A DNA stretch of 62,920 nt, counting the filler, from Vannella sp. (taxonomy: Eukaryota): the NCBI GenBank assembly GCA_023345925.1. It is 7 parts of 7 records of this genome, joined end to end, with 100 filler letters (N's around TTAATTAATTAA, not from the genome) between each part and the next. Parts side by side here need not be neighbours in the genome. Positions count along the whole stretch, not along the records: positions 28,569 to 40,156 come from JAJQQN010000175.1; positions 40,257 to 44,960 come from JAJQQN010001187.1; positions 45,061 to 59,600 come from JAJQQN010001081.1; 4 more parts are not named here. The stretch is one strand, 5' to 3'. Below the pieces are notes generated by a model that saw only the letters and a list, made by a program, of their open reading frames with translations, searched no databases and was not told the origin of the DNA. Position numbers and translations under genes: made by a program. Shown here piece by piece: positions 37,328-49,098 of this stretch; position 1 is the stretch's first letter; every line of letters begins with the position of its first letter.

Positions 37328-37885
37328 ATGTCCGAGTGGAAGGTCGATGGATCGAGTGCTTTGCAGCCAGAGCACCAACGAGCGCTAGGGTTTGCCTTAT
37401 CGAAGCGCGACACGCTTCAACCCGTCCTCTTTGATGAACTCTCTTCCCGAATGTGGTGTCAAGGAGAAATGGCCCTTGTCGTTGGAAGCTTTGCCACCAA
37501 ACACATCCCTCGCGGCCCACATTGGAGGTGGAATCAAACCCGCTCTCGAAAGAGGGTGTCCGTCAAGAAGGATTGTGTGCAAGAGTCCGTCCAGTTCTGG
37601 AAGATGGTCCCACGAAAGTCACTTTCGTCCAACCCCACTCCTATCCCTTCGATTAAGCTTTGGATTTTCTCCCTTGGAAATGACCAAACTCACCTTCTTT
37701 GGTGCGAACGAGGTATCTTCTCTCTTCCCTCAACCCCTGATTCCTCCTTCAAACCGCCCGCTGATTTGAGCATCCTCAGTGAGGATCTCTTATGGGAGCT
37801 GGAGTTCCTCCGTCCATTGATGGACCCCAGCGTTGCAGAAGAGATCTGGCCCACCTACTCTACTCTGTTCAATACACTCTGTTAG
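37328..37885 (+). CDS. Hypothetical protein, WxWNQ...KLW...LWCE family member A
   Basis: 185-aa intronless ORF that shares motifs with the ORF at 38331-38738. Confidence 0.75.
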   Translation: MSEWKVDGSSALQPEHQRALGFALSKRDTLQPVLFDELSSRMWCQGEMALVVGSFATKHIPRGPHWRWNQTRSRKRVSVKKDCVQESVQFWKMVPRKSLSSNPTPIPSIKLWIFSLGNDQTHLLWCERGIFSLPSTPDSSFKPPADLSILSEDLLWELEFLRPLMDPSVAEEIWPTYSTLFNTLC

Positions 37886-38050
37886 TTCGATCGCCCAAAG
37901 TTGATAACAGGAAACACTTCTTGGGGAAAGGTGCCTAGATTGAAGAAGGTAACATTCATATCGCCTCTTGCGCTAGATACGGTGTGATGAAGTATCTGTG
38001 ACTGGCAGGAGAGTCAGCTTCCCAACGGCAAGTCCGTTGCACTGTGGAAG
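37882..38050 (-). pseudogene. Decayed copy of family member B
   Basis: Reads SATDLPLGS*LSCQSQILHHTVSSARGDMNVTFFNLGT versus PSDLPREANWSWNQSRGKTTLSSANGDMHVTFFKLGT; 37930-37979 is 40/50 identical to 38466-38515. Confidence 0.7.
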
Positions 38051-38149
38051 GAGATAAGTGACAGCCACTTCATTCATTTAACACCTCACTTTACACGCAG
38101 CAAGTTTCTCCTCCTTCCTTTTTTGACCAACTTTTTGCGTTCGACTGCA

Positions 38150-38241
38150 ATGAATGATGTTCCCTTCGATGAATGATGTTCCCTTCGATGAATGATGTTC
38201 CCATCAATGGATGTTCCCATCAACGGACGATGTTCCCATCT
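38150..38241. repeat. Degenerate minisatellite (19-bp unit TGAATGATGTTCCCTTCGA; core GATGTTCCC x5)
   Basis: Directly visible tandem copies. Confidence 0.85.
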
Positions 38242-38330
38242 ATGGAGGCAGATCATCCAGTTCCTCCCCAAACCGAGCGAATGAATGGCCCAGAGACGTG
38301 TTATGTTTGGTTGAGAGTTCTTTAATGAGA

Positions 38331-38738
38331 TCAGGGATGGAAAGAAACGCATCCACGGCTGCTCTTCTCGCACCACAAGAAAGAGAAAGTTCTCCTCATG
38401 GAGAAGATATCCACGTTGTACACCCAAAGTTTGACAACAGGAGCTGATTCATGGGGACGGGCTCGCGTTCCTAACTTGAAGAAAGTAACATGCATATCGC
38501 CATTTGCGCTGGACAGAGTTGTCTTCCCCCGGCTTTGGTTCCAACTCCAATTAGCCTCTCGCGGCAAATCAGACGGTGCGATGGGACCCAAGTGGAAGCT
38601 AAAATGATCCGAAGTACAGCATTGCTCCACAGTGGGAAGATCCATGGGCACCGAAGAGGTCAACATCCCCAATCCAGCCTCCAACCGACGGACCGATTGC
38701 TCTAACTCCGGAGATAAAGGAGTCGGAGAGGTGAACAT
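38331..38738 (-). CDS. Hypothetical protein, WxWNQ...KLW...LWCE family member B (3' end possibly frameshifted)
   Basis: LPREANWSWNQSRGK...VTFFKLGTR...PVVKLWVYNV...FLWCEK. Confidence 0.65.
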   Translation of the reverse strand: MFTSPTPLSPELEQSVRRLEAGLGMLTSSVPMDLPTVEQCCTSDHFSFHLGPIAPSDLPREANWSWNQSRGKTTLSSANGDMHVTFFKLGTRARPHESAPVVKLWVYNVDIFSMRRTFSFLWCEKSSRGCVSFHP

Positions 38739-39136
38739 TCGCACAAAAGAAATGGTTTGCGTCAATGCGAATCATTTCTCATTCGATTCGATTCTCTCCT
38801 TCAGGGCGAATGGAATGGAATGGTGTCCGGACTGTCAGTCTTCCGTGAAGAGGTCCTCATTCAAGTGCTCCGGAGAGTTATGTTGCAGTTGATTGAGTGG
38901 ATGGAGGAAGATTGCAGATAGTTTTGCTCCCTTGATCATCAGAGAACGCGAGGATTCACGTGGGCGTTGTGGACTTCCCAATCTCCCTCCTCTGGGTCCT
39001 TCTCATTCCCAGCAAAGTCTTTCTTCATGCCTTCTCAGGAAGAGGACCTGATACAGTGATGTGAAGCCCAGCAAGTGATGCAGCGCGAACATCTCCTTCA
39101 TTATCGTAATGTATCGCCAGTGAGAGCCTCTCTCCA

Positions 39137-40156
39137 TCAAGTAGAAGAAGGTATCTTCCACACACTGAGAATCTGATCCTCTGATGACACCCACACGAGG
39201 TTGGCGGTCTGCACTATCGCATTGATTCGCCCTTTGTGCTGCCCTGATAGCTCGTACAGGCAACGGTGAGTCTGGGAGAACAACAGTCAGTTGAGAAGAC
39301 AGCAAGGAAGAAGCTTAGTCACCTTTGGCTCCCAAATGAGGACATTTGTATCGAAAGAGCCACTCCAGATGTGCTCTCCGACTTGTGCAAGGCAAGTGAC
39401 TGTTCCAGTGTGCCCCTCCAATGATTGTGTGACACAAACACTCTACTCATTGTTAGATACGATCATTCTTAGAAGACTCAGTCACCTCTGGGTCCCAGAT
39501 GTGAACAAGATTGTCGTTCAAAGCGCCCCACATCTCGTTTTCCCATTTCAGAAGGCACTTCAGCTGGTTCGTATCTCCTGTGGCATAAGGTGTTGCAGTG
39601 CGTGCGAGGTAGATAACAAGCTTCCTATAAAGCCCTATCCACACGTGCTCCCCGTTCTGTTCCAACGAGTAAATCGGTTCGCCTATTTGAGCTCGGAGGC
39701 TGACTGCAACCCCCTTCTCCCATATGAGCCTCCAGCTGATACAATCTGAAGTTACTTACTGAACTCTTGTACACAACAACATTGCCTTGAAAGTCTCCTG
39801 TCCAAACTGATTCATCAGGTCCCAAGCGGACCACCTTAATGACTTGGACAATGTCCTTTGTCTGCAAGCTTCGCTTCTTCACAAAAGTCTTTCAATCGTT
39901 AGGATAAACTCCTTTTCATGGACTATCCTACCATGGAGTCATAGATCTTGATAGAGCTGGAGCTGATCCACACATAACCGTCCGAAGTGGCGGCCATGGA
40001 GAAGATTTCCACATCTTTGAAAGCGGAGAACGCTGAAACAGGCAATTGGGAAGCGGCGTCAAAGATACTAACGTATCCATCAGAAAAGCCGCACCAAATA
40101 CGCTGCCCAACAGCCAACATGCTTGTGATTGCGTGCGGCCGAAGCTTGTCTTTCTT
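39137..40156 (-). CDS. 3' part of a WD40-like beta-propeller protein (truncated by contig end)
   Basis: IWCGFSDGYVSIFD, VWTGDFQGNVVVY, LEGHTGTVTCLAQVGEHIWSGSFDTNVLIWE, HKGRINAIV...VWVSSEDQILSVWK across several exons. Confidence 0.8.
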
Positions 40157-40256
40157 NNNNNNNNNNNNNNNNNNNNNNNNNNNNNNNNNNNNNNNNNNNN
40201 TTAATTAATTAANNNNNNNNNNNNNNNNNNNNNNNNNNNNNNNNNNNNNNNNNNNN
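40157..40256. other. Artificial contig spacer
   Basis: N44-TTAATTAATTAA-N44. Confidence 0.98.
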
Positions 40257-40303
40257 GGGTTTGTGTGACCCACAGCGCTCATTGAAGCACAAGAAGGACC
40301 CAC

Positions 40304-41023
40304 ATGTTCTCCAGCTTCGTCAGATTCGACCATTCAGGAAGAGTTCCAGACAGAAAGGTGTTGCGAGACAAGTCCCTGTTGCCGCTTGATGAGCACCTCT
40401 GTCAAGCCATGTCTTGAGGCAAACTGATGTCAAGCAAAGCAGGATTCTGATACTCACATGTTCTTCAGATTGCCCAAGCTGTTCCATTGTGGAAGCGATC
40501 CGCCAATAATGCAGTCTGTGATGTACCTGAAGCCATTTGATGAGCAAACAGGTTCGTATGACCCACAGCGCTCATTGAAGCACAAGAAGAACCCACATGC
40601 TCTCCAGCTTCGTCAGATTCGACCATTCAGGAAGAGGCTGATCGAAGAAGCGGTTTTCAGACAAATCCCTACAACCACTCGATAAGTATCCCAGCTGATA
40701 GGCGGGCCATGGCGCCAAAGAAGAAGTGCAAGTTTTCCTTACAGGCTCAAGAGATCTGGCAGTTGAAGGTCCGGAAGGAAACCATCCAAAGAGTTATCAC
40801 GAAGGGATAGCCCCGTCACACTTGAATTGACACAGGTGACTCCGAACCAAGTAGAGCAAGGATCAGAGGAGGGGTACCACACACCTGTGTTAGACCGAGC
40901 ATTATACCACAAGTCTCCGTTGGTGGCATAGTAAAGCTGAAGAAGAGAATCCTTCTGCTCTTGAGGAAGAGAACAAACCATCAATAGAAGTAGCGCGAGG
41001 GGGAAGAACGACCGGAAGCCCAT
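40304..41023 (-). CDS. 5' part of a secreted/receptor LRR protein, one LRR per exon (truncated by contig end)
   Basis: Exon 1 (41023-40743) encodes a signal peptide, an LRRNT cap (LLQLYYATNGDLW...DPCSTWFGVTC) and the first LRR. Exons 40668-40597, 40526-40458 and 40375-40304 each encode one 23-24-aa LRR, bounded by phase-2 GT-AG introns. Confidence 0.85.
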
Positions 41024-41290
41024 GACCAACACCAAATGGTCGTACCAACAAGTGCAAGATTATGACGTAATTTCACAATTATAATGATCGCGCTATGGAA
41101 AAAACTTGCTGTGGCGTATTGTGGTCAGAGAGTGCAAACCGAAGGAAGAGTTTGGTCACGTGACCCAAAACCCGAGAGGGGAAATGCCCTCGCCGTGACT
41201 TTTCTCTACGAAGCCTTCTGACCGAATACATCACTGCGGGAGCTGGACTCATCCTTTTTTGGAAGAGAAATCAGTTGCTGGTGGGCGGGA

Positions 41291-44162
41291 ATGAGCTCCT
41301 CTGGGAAGCCGCTGTTGGACATGGGCCAGCTCGGTTCTATTCAAGGGAGCAGTGGATTCTACGAGACGAACAGCTCGGGTATCTTTAGTGAGTCTGACAT
41401 GATGTTGTCTGCTCCTGGCGCCCCTGCTCCTCTCGAAAGAACCGGTTTGGGGACGTTTTTGGGCGTCTTTGTGCCTTGTGTGTTAAGTATCTTTGGTGTT
41501 ATCATATTCGAGCGTCTTGGTTGGGTTGTTGGACAGGTAAGCACTACTTAAGCTCCGGTAGATAGCGTCTAAGTCTCCTTCCAGGCTGGTTGGGCTCTCA
41601 GCTTGGTGATTCTTGGACTGGGGATCACCATGGTGACACTCACCTCTCTTTCACTCAGTGCTATTGCAACCAACGGTCGAGTCAAGGGTGGAGGAGCGTA
41701 CTACATGATCAGCCGATCCCTGGGACCGTCCCTGGGAGGGGGCGTTGGAGTTATCTTCTACTTTGCCAACATCTTTGCAGGAGGAACGTACATGTCTGGC
41801 TTTGTATCAGCATTGGTAGAGGTTCCATTCCTCAAAGGATACGATACGTACCCTTATCAAGTGATTTACGGGACTCTCGTCCTGTTTTCGTTGATGCTCA
41901 TCTGCATTCTTGGTGCTGACGCATTCTCAAAGGCTGCTCTTTTGATATTCATCGCTTTATGGGCCTCCTTAATAGGCTGCATGGGCTCTGTGTGGTTTAG
42001 CGCGGAAGGAACAGCGGAAGGATACACCAGTTGGAGCCAAACTACCTTTGAAGACAACTTTCCTCCCAATTTTCAAGGGGAATCGTTTCATAGTGTGTTT
42101 GCTGTGTTCTTTCCAGCTGTCACTGGTATCATGGCGGGAGCTAATATGTCCGGAGACTTGAAAGACCCTGGCCATTCCATTCCCCGTGGCACTCTGAGTG
42201 CCATTGCAGTGACAGGAGTGTTTTATGCCACTTTGGTAATGTCTTTTGGTGCCACAGTAACCAGTGAAACCCTCCAATCCAACTTCTTTATCATGCAGAG
42301 TATTTGCTTCTGGTCCCCGCTCTTCCTAATTGGTGTTTGGCTTTCTACTCTCTCTTCTGCACTCGGCTCAATAATAGGAAGTGCAAGAATAGCTCAAGCT
42401 TTGGCCAAAGATGGACTTTTACCTGGTATTGGTTGGCTGGCCCATGAATCTGGGAAGAGCCGGGAACCTCGCATCGCAGTTTTGGTATCTTTTTTGCTTA
42501 TTGAGTCCACAGTCTTCTTGGGAGCTAATGTAGATCTCCTGGCTTCTCTGACTACGATGTTCTTCTTACTGTCTTACGGGTTTGTCAACCTCGCTTGCTT
42601 TACTGTGACAATTGCTGGCGCTCCCAATTTCCGTCCCAGTTTCCGTATTTTCAACAGTGGAACCGCACTTGGTGGGGCGCTCTTTTGCTTTGGAGCAATG
42701 TTCTTTGTTCAACCGTTCTTGTCTTGCGTTTCTATTGCGCTAGTTCTAGTTCTCATTGGCATCATCACTTGGAGAGCGCCTCCTAACGACTGGGGAGATA
42801 TCACTCAGGCACTGATTTACCACCAAGTGCGAAAGTACCTCCTCCGTCTTGACATTCGGAAGGAACACAAGAAGTATTGGCGGCCTCAACTGCTCCTTTT
42901 CGTCTCAGATCCAGTAGCGAGTGCCAGGTAGGATAGATGGCTATTTACAACCTGGGCTTTCAAGTAGCTAATCTGTTGTAGGCTAATTGGATTCACCAAC
43001 AACTTGAAGAAGGGAGGTCTATACATTGTGGCCTCCGTTTTACAAGGAACTCCAGAGGAACTCGTAAGCAGTTCTTTATCACATTGACCCATTTTAATGG
43101 TCTTTAGGGCACTCGAGTTCGCCCACTGACTATCAAATGGCTTGACTACTTCTCAGAGTCAGGAATTAAGGGCTTTCCTGAATTGAATGTGGCCACCTCC
43201 TTGAGAGTAGGAATGGAATCTCTCCTTTTGGTGAGTTGGAATCTGATGAATGTGAGGGAACTGACTTTCTTCTGAAGACTGCTGGACTTGGCCAAATGAA
43301 GCCGAACACGATCGTCTTTGGATTTTACAATCACCAGGATGAAGACCGCACTATGAGTGTCCGATATGAAGACTTCCCTTCAGAAGAGGAAGATGCAGAG
43401 ATTAAGGCAGCTCGAATCTTTGCAGGATACCCCACTGGGGGTGAACTAAGCGCAGAAGACTATCTGGCGGTAATCAGGCAAAGCATCTTGTACGAGAAGA
43501 ACATTTGCATTGGGCGCTACTTCAATCATCTCAACCGCAAAGAGATAGTGGAGTATCGAGGCAGCATTCCCACTTACTTTAATCGCAAGAAGCGCCTGAC
43601 TATCGATATGTGGCCGATTCTCCTCCCGAATCGCTTCGATTATACTCGAAGCAGTGAACTTCTTCTTATGCTGGGCCACATAACGAAGCAAACAGACATC
43701 TGGGCAAAATATAGCAAGCTGAGAGTGAAAGGAATCGCGAGGAACGAGTCAGAAGTGGACTTTATCCGCACCAGTTTGGAGAATCTTGTTTCCTCTGTTC
43801 GCATTCGCTCTCGGGTGGAAGTCATTACGTTAACTGATAGCCGCCACACGCTTCTCAGAAATGCAATTAGCCACCACGGGCTAAACGAAGATGCCTCCAA
43901 CTTTGAAGATCTTCCAAACAACATCCGTTATCCCATCCTGAACCAAATCATGCGTTCCGAAAGCGAAACAACGTGTAAGTGAAGAACGCATAGTCCTTTA
44001 GTAACTCACCAAAACAAAGGCTCGATGTTCATTCCACTTCCGCCAATCCCGCCAGCAGGAGAAGCAAATCGGTTCCTGGAGGAGCTGACTGATCTGACGG
44101 AGGGCCTTCCCCCTGTTATGTTCGTCCATGGCTCACAAAGTATTGTTTGTAGTGAGCTCTAG
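41291..44162 (+). CDS. SLC12A9: Cation-chloride cotransporter, SLC12A9/CIP1-like
   Basis: LGTFLGVFVPCVLSIFGVIIFERLGWVVGQ, SAIATNGRVKGGGAYYMISRSLG, FFPAVTGIMAGANMSGDLKDP, QALIYHQVRKYLLRLD...YWRPQLLL, C-terminus GLPPVMFVHG...CSEL. Confidence 0.9.
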
Positions 44163-44608
44163 CCAAACTAGACCCCGCCCTGCGCCATTATTCTTGGAAC
44201 ATGCTGGAACAAGATGGAATAGAAGCATTCCTTTGATACATTCATTCGATGAGACTAAACACTTCATTCGCTGAATGAGCCATTGGCAAGATCACCACAC
44301 AGAGAAACATTCGAGCTGCTCCTCGCACAAAAAGGGGATCCTCATCACGGAAAGGGGATCCTGGTCATGCCTGATTGTCCAAGGACCAGCTCCTCCATAA
44401 GATCAGAGTGCTGGCCACTAGTTTTCGCGTGCGAATGAAAGGAATCCGCACTCAAGTCCCTCAAAGGGAGCGAAAAGTGGATCCACTTCCTGGCATTCCA
44501 TCCATGTCGGCTCTAGAGCAGCGGTCAGCTACCCTCAAAAGGGCGGGGAATAGCGAACATCTGATACGGAAGCGATCTGCTCGCCACTTAGTCCGCCCCA
44601 TCTCTTTG

Positions 44609-44960
44609 ATGACAACTCCCCAAGCCGATTTGCAAGTCATTCAGGTCCACGAAAGTTGGGAGGAGGGGCCGTTTCAGTTTCTCCTTCTTGACACGACAAC
44701 TCGTTCGACTAGAACGATCACTCCCCAAGATAGCCTCTCCGCTCAGATGAACCAATTGACAAAAAAGGTTGATCGACTCTCCACCTCGAACAAGCTGTTG
44801 AAGCAGGACGTTAAGACCCTCACCAGTGAAAACACCCAGTTGAAGAAGGACGTTAAGACCCTCACCACTGCAAACGCCGCTCTAACCAGAAGCGTTGAAG
44901 AACTGACGGTGTCGAACGCAGCTCTCGTCAAAGAAGTGGACACCTTTCGTAGAACCTTGG
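44609..44960 (+). CDS. Partial coiled-coil protein with 14-aa (42-bp) repeats
   Basis: NKLLKQDVKTLTSE-NTQLKKDVKTLTTA-NAALTRSVEELTVS-NAALVKEVDTF; runs off the contig end. Confidence 0.5.
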
Positions 44961-45060
44961 NNNNNNNNNNNNNNNNNNNNNNNNNNNNNNNNNNNNNNNN
45001 NNNNTTAATTAATTAANNNNNNNNNNNNNNNNNNNNNNNNNNNNNNNNNNNNNNNNNNNN
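44961..45060. other. Artificial contig spacer
   Basis: N44-TTAATTAATTAA-N44. Confidence 0.98.
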
Positions 45061-45157
45061 GTTCAAAGTCCTTTTCAAACCGCGCCAGCGCTGCTGTCGC
45101 ATCGAAGTTATTTATTCTTGCTTGTTCGAGCTATTTAACGTGAAATAAACTCTTATT

Positions 45158-46657
45158 TTACGCATTCCTCTGCTTTTTGATGGCCGATTCGGCTCTTCTC
45201 CCTTTCGGAGGTGACTTTCGCTTCGTTAGTGAAGTGCTCTTTGGTATGTCGATGTCCATGTCCATGGAAGAGGATGTGTCTGCTTGGCAGGGTGACTGGA
45301 GAGGCACTCTGGGGCTTGCTGGGGATTTGAGGAAGGAGGATTCAGCACTCGCTCCCTCATGACCGCTCGGAGGTGTCGGGGAGGACATGAAACTGCTACT
45401 ACTCTCTTGCTGGGAGGACTCCATAGGCGATGGAGGAGAGCCTTCATACGTGAACGAAGGAGGATGTCCACCAATTCGCCTGTTCCCAAAAAACGAAGGA
45501 ATCGGAATCGTTTCTGGCTTTGAGTCCTCATCGTCAGCTGCCCATGGTGGCGAACCGGTACTTTGTTCTGTTTCAACGCAAGCTCTGACATTCGAGTCTT
45601 GGCCACCGCTAGAGTTCACTTCTTCGAAGTCACTATTCACATTGAAGGAGCTCTCTGTGCGTTCGCTACCCTCTTCTTTCCGCTTTCCTGGGCTATGGGG
45701 GAGGATAGGGGAGGGACTGAAGATGGAGGGAGATGAATCTTGGTCCTTCTCTGTACTGGGAGAGCTTTTGGGTTGGCGAGAACGAATGGTTTCCACCAAA
45801 TGAGAGAACAGCTGCGGGTCTGGCACATAAGAAACCACTGGTGAAGCAGAGGGTTCCTGTTTCGTCAAAGTCCCAGAGGCACGTTTCTTCCGGTGAGCCT
45901 TTTGGAGGACTTGAGAAAGTGATATTGGTGCTTCCCCTCCCTCTTCTTCCTGTTTTGCCAGCTCAACGAAGCTGATGGAAGGAATTCCTTTGGTGGGGAG
46001 TCTTTCGTTCACCCTTTTAGCCGCCAGAACCTCGTCAATTTGAGCTTTTCCTTGATCTTGTTGGACAGAGCATTCGAGGAGGAACTCCCGATGCCGTTTG
46101 ATGAGGAGCTCCCTACTACCTGTAGTAAGGATGCCCTTCTCTCGGAGAAGATCTCTGATCCTTTTGTCCGTGAACCCGTTGTAGAAGGGCCGAGTTATCC
46201 GCTGGGCTTCTGTGGGAGGAGCTACATTGTTTCCCGTTTGGGCTGGACAATGAGTCTTATGAAGAGCCAGTGAATCACTTTGAACTTCTATTTGGCATTC
46301 AGGGCAGGGGGAGGTGCTACCACGTAGTTCATCGGAGGAATGGATTGGGAATGCCAACAAAGTACGAAGAACTTTCCATTGCGCCACGATCTCGTCCACT
46401 TTACGATTGCAAGTGATATCTGCGATAGAAGCGGTGATACGGCAAACAGGGCAGCACGATCGGAACAGAAAGGAGCGCCTTATACACTCCGAACAAACTG
46501 CAAACTCCCAAGTTAGCTCCAAGAGAGACCATGCGAGCCCCAGCTACTGACATGTATGAGAACACTGCCTCAAGATCACTGCAGTATCCACAAACTCGTA
46601 GCAGATAGGGCAAAGGAGACCCTCCTCGAGAGCCTCAGCAGAAGCGTGACCATCCAT
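45158..46657 (-). CDS. RAD18: E3 ubiquitin ligase Rad18 (RING + UBZ + SAP; 2 exons)
   Basis: LLCPICYEF...QCSHT|FCSECIRRS...CPVCR; UBZ CPEC...HKTHC; SAP-like YNGFTDKRIRDLLREKGILTTGSRELLIKRHREF. Confidence 0.85.
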
Positions 46658-46706
46658 TCCAGTTTCCCGCCAAAATGAGTGGAAATAAGATCTATTGAGT
46701 TCACAG

Positions 46707-49098
46707 TTACTCTCCAGGCTTTGTGATTAAGCGGGGACCACCTGAACCGGGAGGGCGAGGGCGGGAGAAGCCAGGCTTCCCCGCACTCACTGGAGTGACC
46801 CTCCCCGGCATGGGAGTCGGCTCAGCCACCACTGCTGGCTTTGTTATGGGAGTAGTGGATACAGGGGAGACCTTAGCTGGTGAGGCAGCGGGTGAGGGAA
46901 TGGGTTTGGGTCCAGTTGGCCCTGGCTTGGCGGGAGAGTTGCCCCCTGACCCCGTCAAGCGGCCAGGGGCAGCTCGACGGACTGGATTTTGGGGTGCGCC
47001 TGAGTAAGCTAAGGCATCTGCGACTTCTTTCGCAGCAACTGCGGCAGCTACAGCACTAATGGGCTTGGCATTCATGGGAGCAGCTTTCGGAGGAGAAGAG
47101 GCTGGCTCCTGGGCCGCTGCTGCTGTAGCAGGTACTTGTCTTGGTGCTGAGGCAGCTGCTGTCCTTGCTCCCTCTGCAGCGACTGGCTTGGCCACAGCAA
47201 CGGGCGAAGGTTTGGCAGTGACAGCCTGCGGGGGAGCCAGTGAAGGGCCAGAGGCCATCAATGCCTCGCAGGACTTGATGTCAGCCGCTATCTTCTTATT
47301 CTCATTCTCTTGGTACACAATCGTCTTTTTGATGGCCTCAATGGAGTCCAGAGTCTCCTGGAGTCGAGCGCGGAGTGCTGTTTGAGCTTCAGCAAGCCGG
47401 CTCACTTCGGCTTTCATCTCAGCCAGTCCAGAAGAGTTGGCTGAGCTTCCCTCTGGTTTGGGGTTATTCTTCAGTTCCTGTACGGTAGAAGCGAGGGACT
47501 GGACCAAGTCTCCCAGCAACAAGCGGTTCTCTCGGGTGGCCTCAATTATCTTCTTTGTCTGAGTCATGTCATTCAGGAACTTCTGCTTTGAGTTGGCCGC
47601 TGCATTGCCCTTCGAGCCACTGCTAGGAGATCCTTCCGACCGTTGATTGGAAGGCTTGCGTTTCTCTTTCTTTGGAGAGTCTTCTGCCATCCCATCAGGG
47701 ACTGCTGCTGCTTCACTACTACGAAGAGGAGAAGACGAAATGGATTCTTGGGGCAGAGTTACTGAGGAATCAACAGAGCGGAACTGAGGAATCGCTTCCT
47801 CTTCTATCAAAGTATCCCCCCCTGGCAAGGCAGAGTCCTCTGGAGCATTGGCGCCAAAGTAAAGAGCGATTTTGGCATAGTTTGAGGGGAAGAAGCCGTA
47901 GCGACCACACACTTCGCCCTCCCACCAACCCGTATTGTCCTCTTTGACCACGAAAATCACGTCGTTCTGGTTGAAAGAGAGCTCAGACTCTCCCGTTGCC
48001 TCATAGGCAAAGTGAGTGAAGCCAGCGGAGACAAAGTCACTTTGGCAGTCTTCAATAAGCATGTCCCAGTTCATGATAAGGTCAGCTGCAATGGAACGCA
48101 TCGCTTCGGAGTGTTCTATCATGGCCACAGTGTTATCCTCCTTCGCTTGGAGTAGGAGAGGGCCAAAGATAGTGGCCAGGCTTTGGACACTGTCCGGAGA
48201 GCCCGCCTCTGCTTCGATAACTCGGAATAGCAGGCCCAGGATGCGAGATAGGACGGCCATATTGCGTGATGGAATGCTATCGAGTAGTACACGGATGTAC
48301 ATGAGGCGGAGATCGACATCTTCGACTGTCACTGCGCTCCCCACTTATGTGAGTGGTTTGAGAACCTGAGAGAGGGCGGAGGAGGGCTCACAGGCGATGC
48401 GGATGAGCATTTCATAAAGCCTAAACGTTGTCAGAGGCTCAGGGAGCTCTCGAAGGAACTGCTTCAACAGCCCAGCCATCACATGAGGTGAGGACAGAAG
48501 GCTCACGTCCAATTCTTCGCCTATTCGCGAACCACGTGAGAACAAGACCCGTTGAGTCAGCGAGGAGCTTACCAGAGTCAATGGTCTTCTTAAGAACAGT
48601 TTGCTCGCCTTCGTAGCCGCCAGAGCGAAAGATGTTCTCGACGCCCAGCCCTTTCGTCTCCAAGTACTCCACCATTTGAAGGAGAACGTCGGGAATGGCG
48701 TCATCACCACTTGAAGAGGAAAGGGAGCTTAAATAGGCACCAAAGAGGGGCCCAGCGGAAGACTCCAACCCCGCATCTTCGGTTGGCGGAGGAAACTCGC
48801 TCCGACGGAAGATACTCACGTTTTTCACACGTTTGAGGACCAGAGAAGCGCTGTCTCCCTTAGGTAGTTGCTGTGACAGGGATTTAGCGGTAAGGGCTTG
48901 CCCATTCGGAAGTTCCAGCACGTAATCGGAAGGGCTCCCGCCTCCCACAGTCTCCACCACCTTCTTCAACACTTCGTGCGCGCTGCTGGGATGTTAGTCC
49001 AAGTGGGATAGTCTGGGAGGTAGTACCTACCTTTGCTCATGGTCCAGAGCGACAACAAGCCGGTCCCCCTCCACCATCACGACCGTGTCGGTCAACAT
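46707..49098 (-). CDS. RhoGAP + SH3 + coiled-coil + Pro-rich protein with ubiquitin-like N-terminus
   Basis: RhoGAP GLGVENIFRSGG (arginine finger present), MAGLLKQFLRELPEPL, LATIFGPLLL; SH3 FAYEATGESELSF...GWWEGE...GFFPSNYA. Confidence 0.88.

Noticed and set aside
38150..38241. Possible CRISPR-like array
   Set aside because: Units are adjacent with no unique spacers, there are no cas genes, and the context is eukaryotic.
40458..40685. Plus-strand ORF and direct repeat read as a repeat-spacer array or LTR
   Set aside because: Explained by duplicated LRR exon-intron cassettes on the minus strand.
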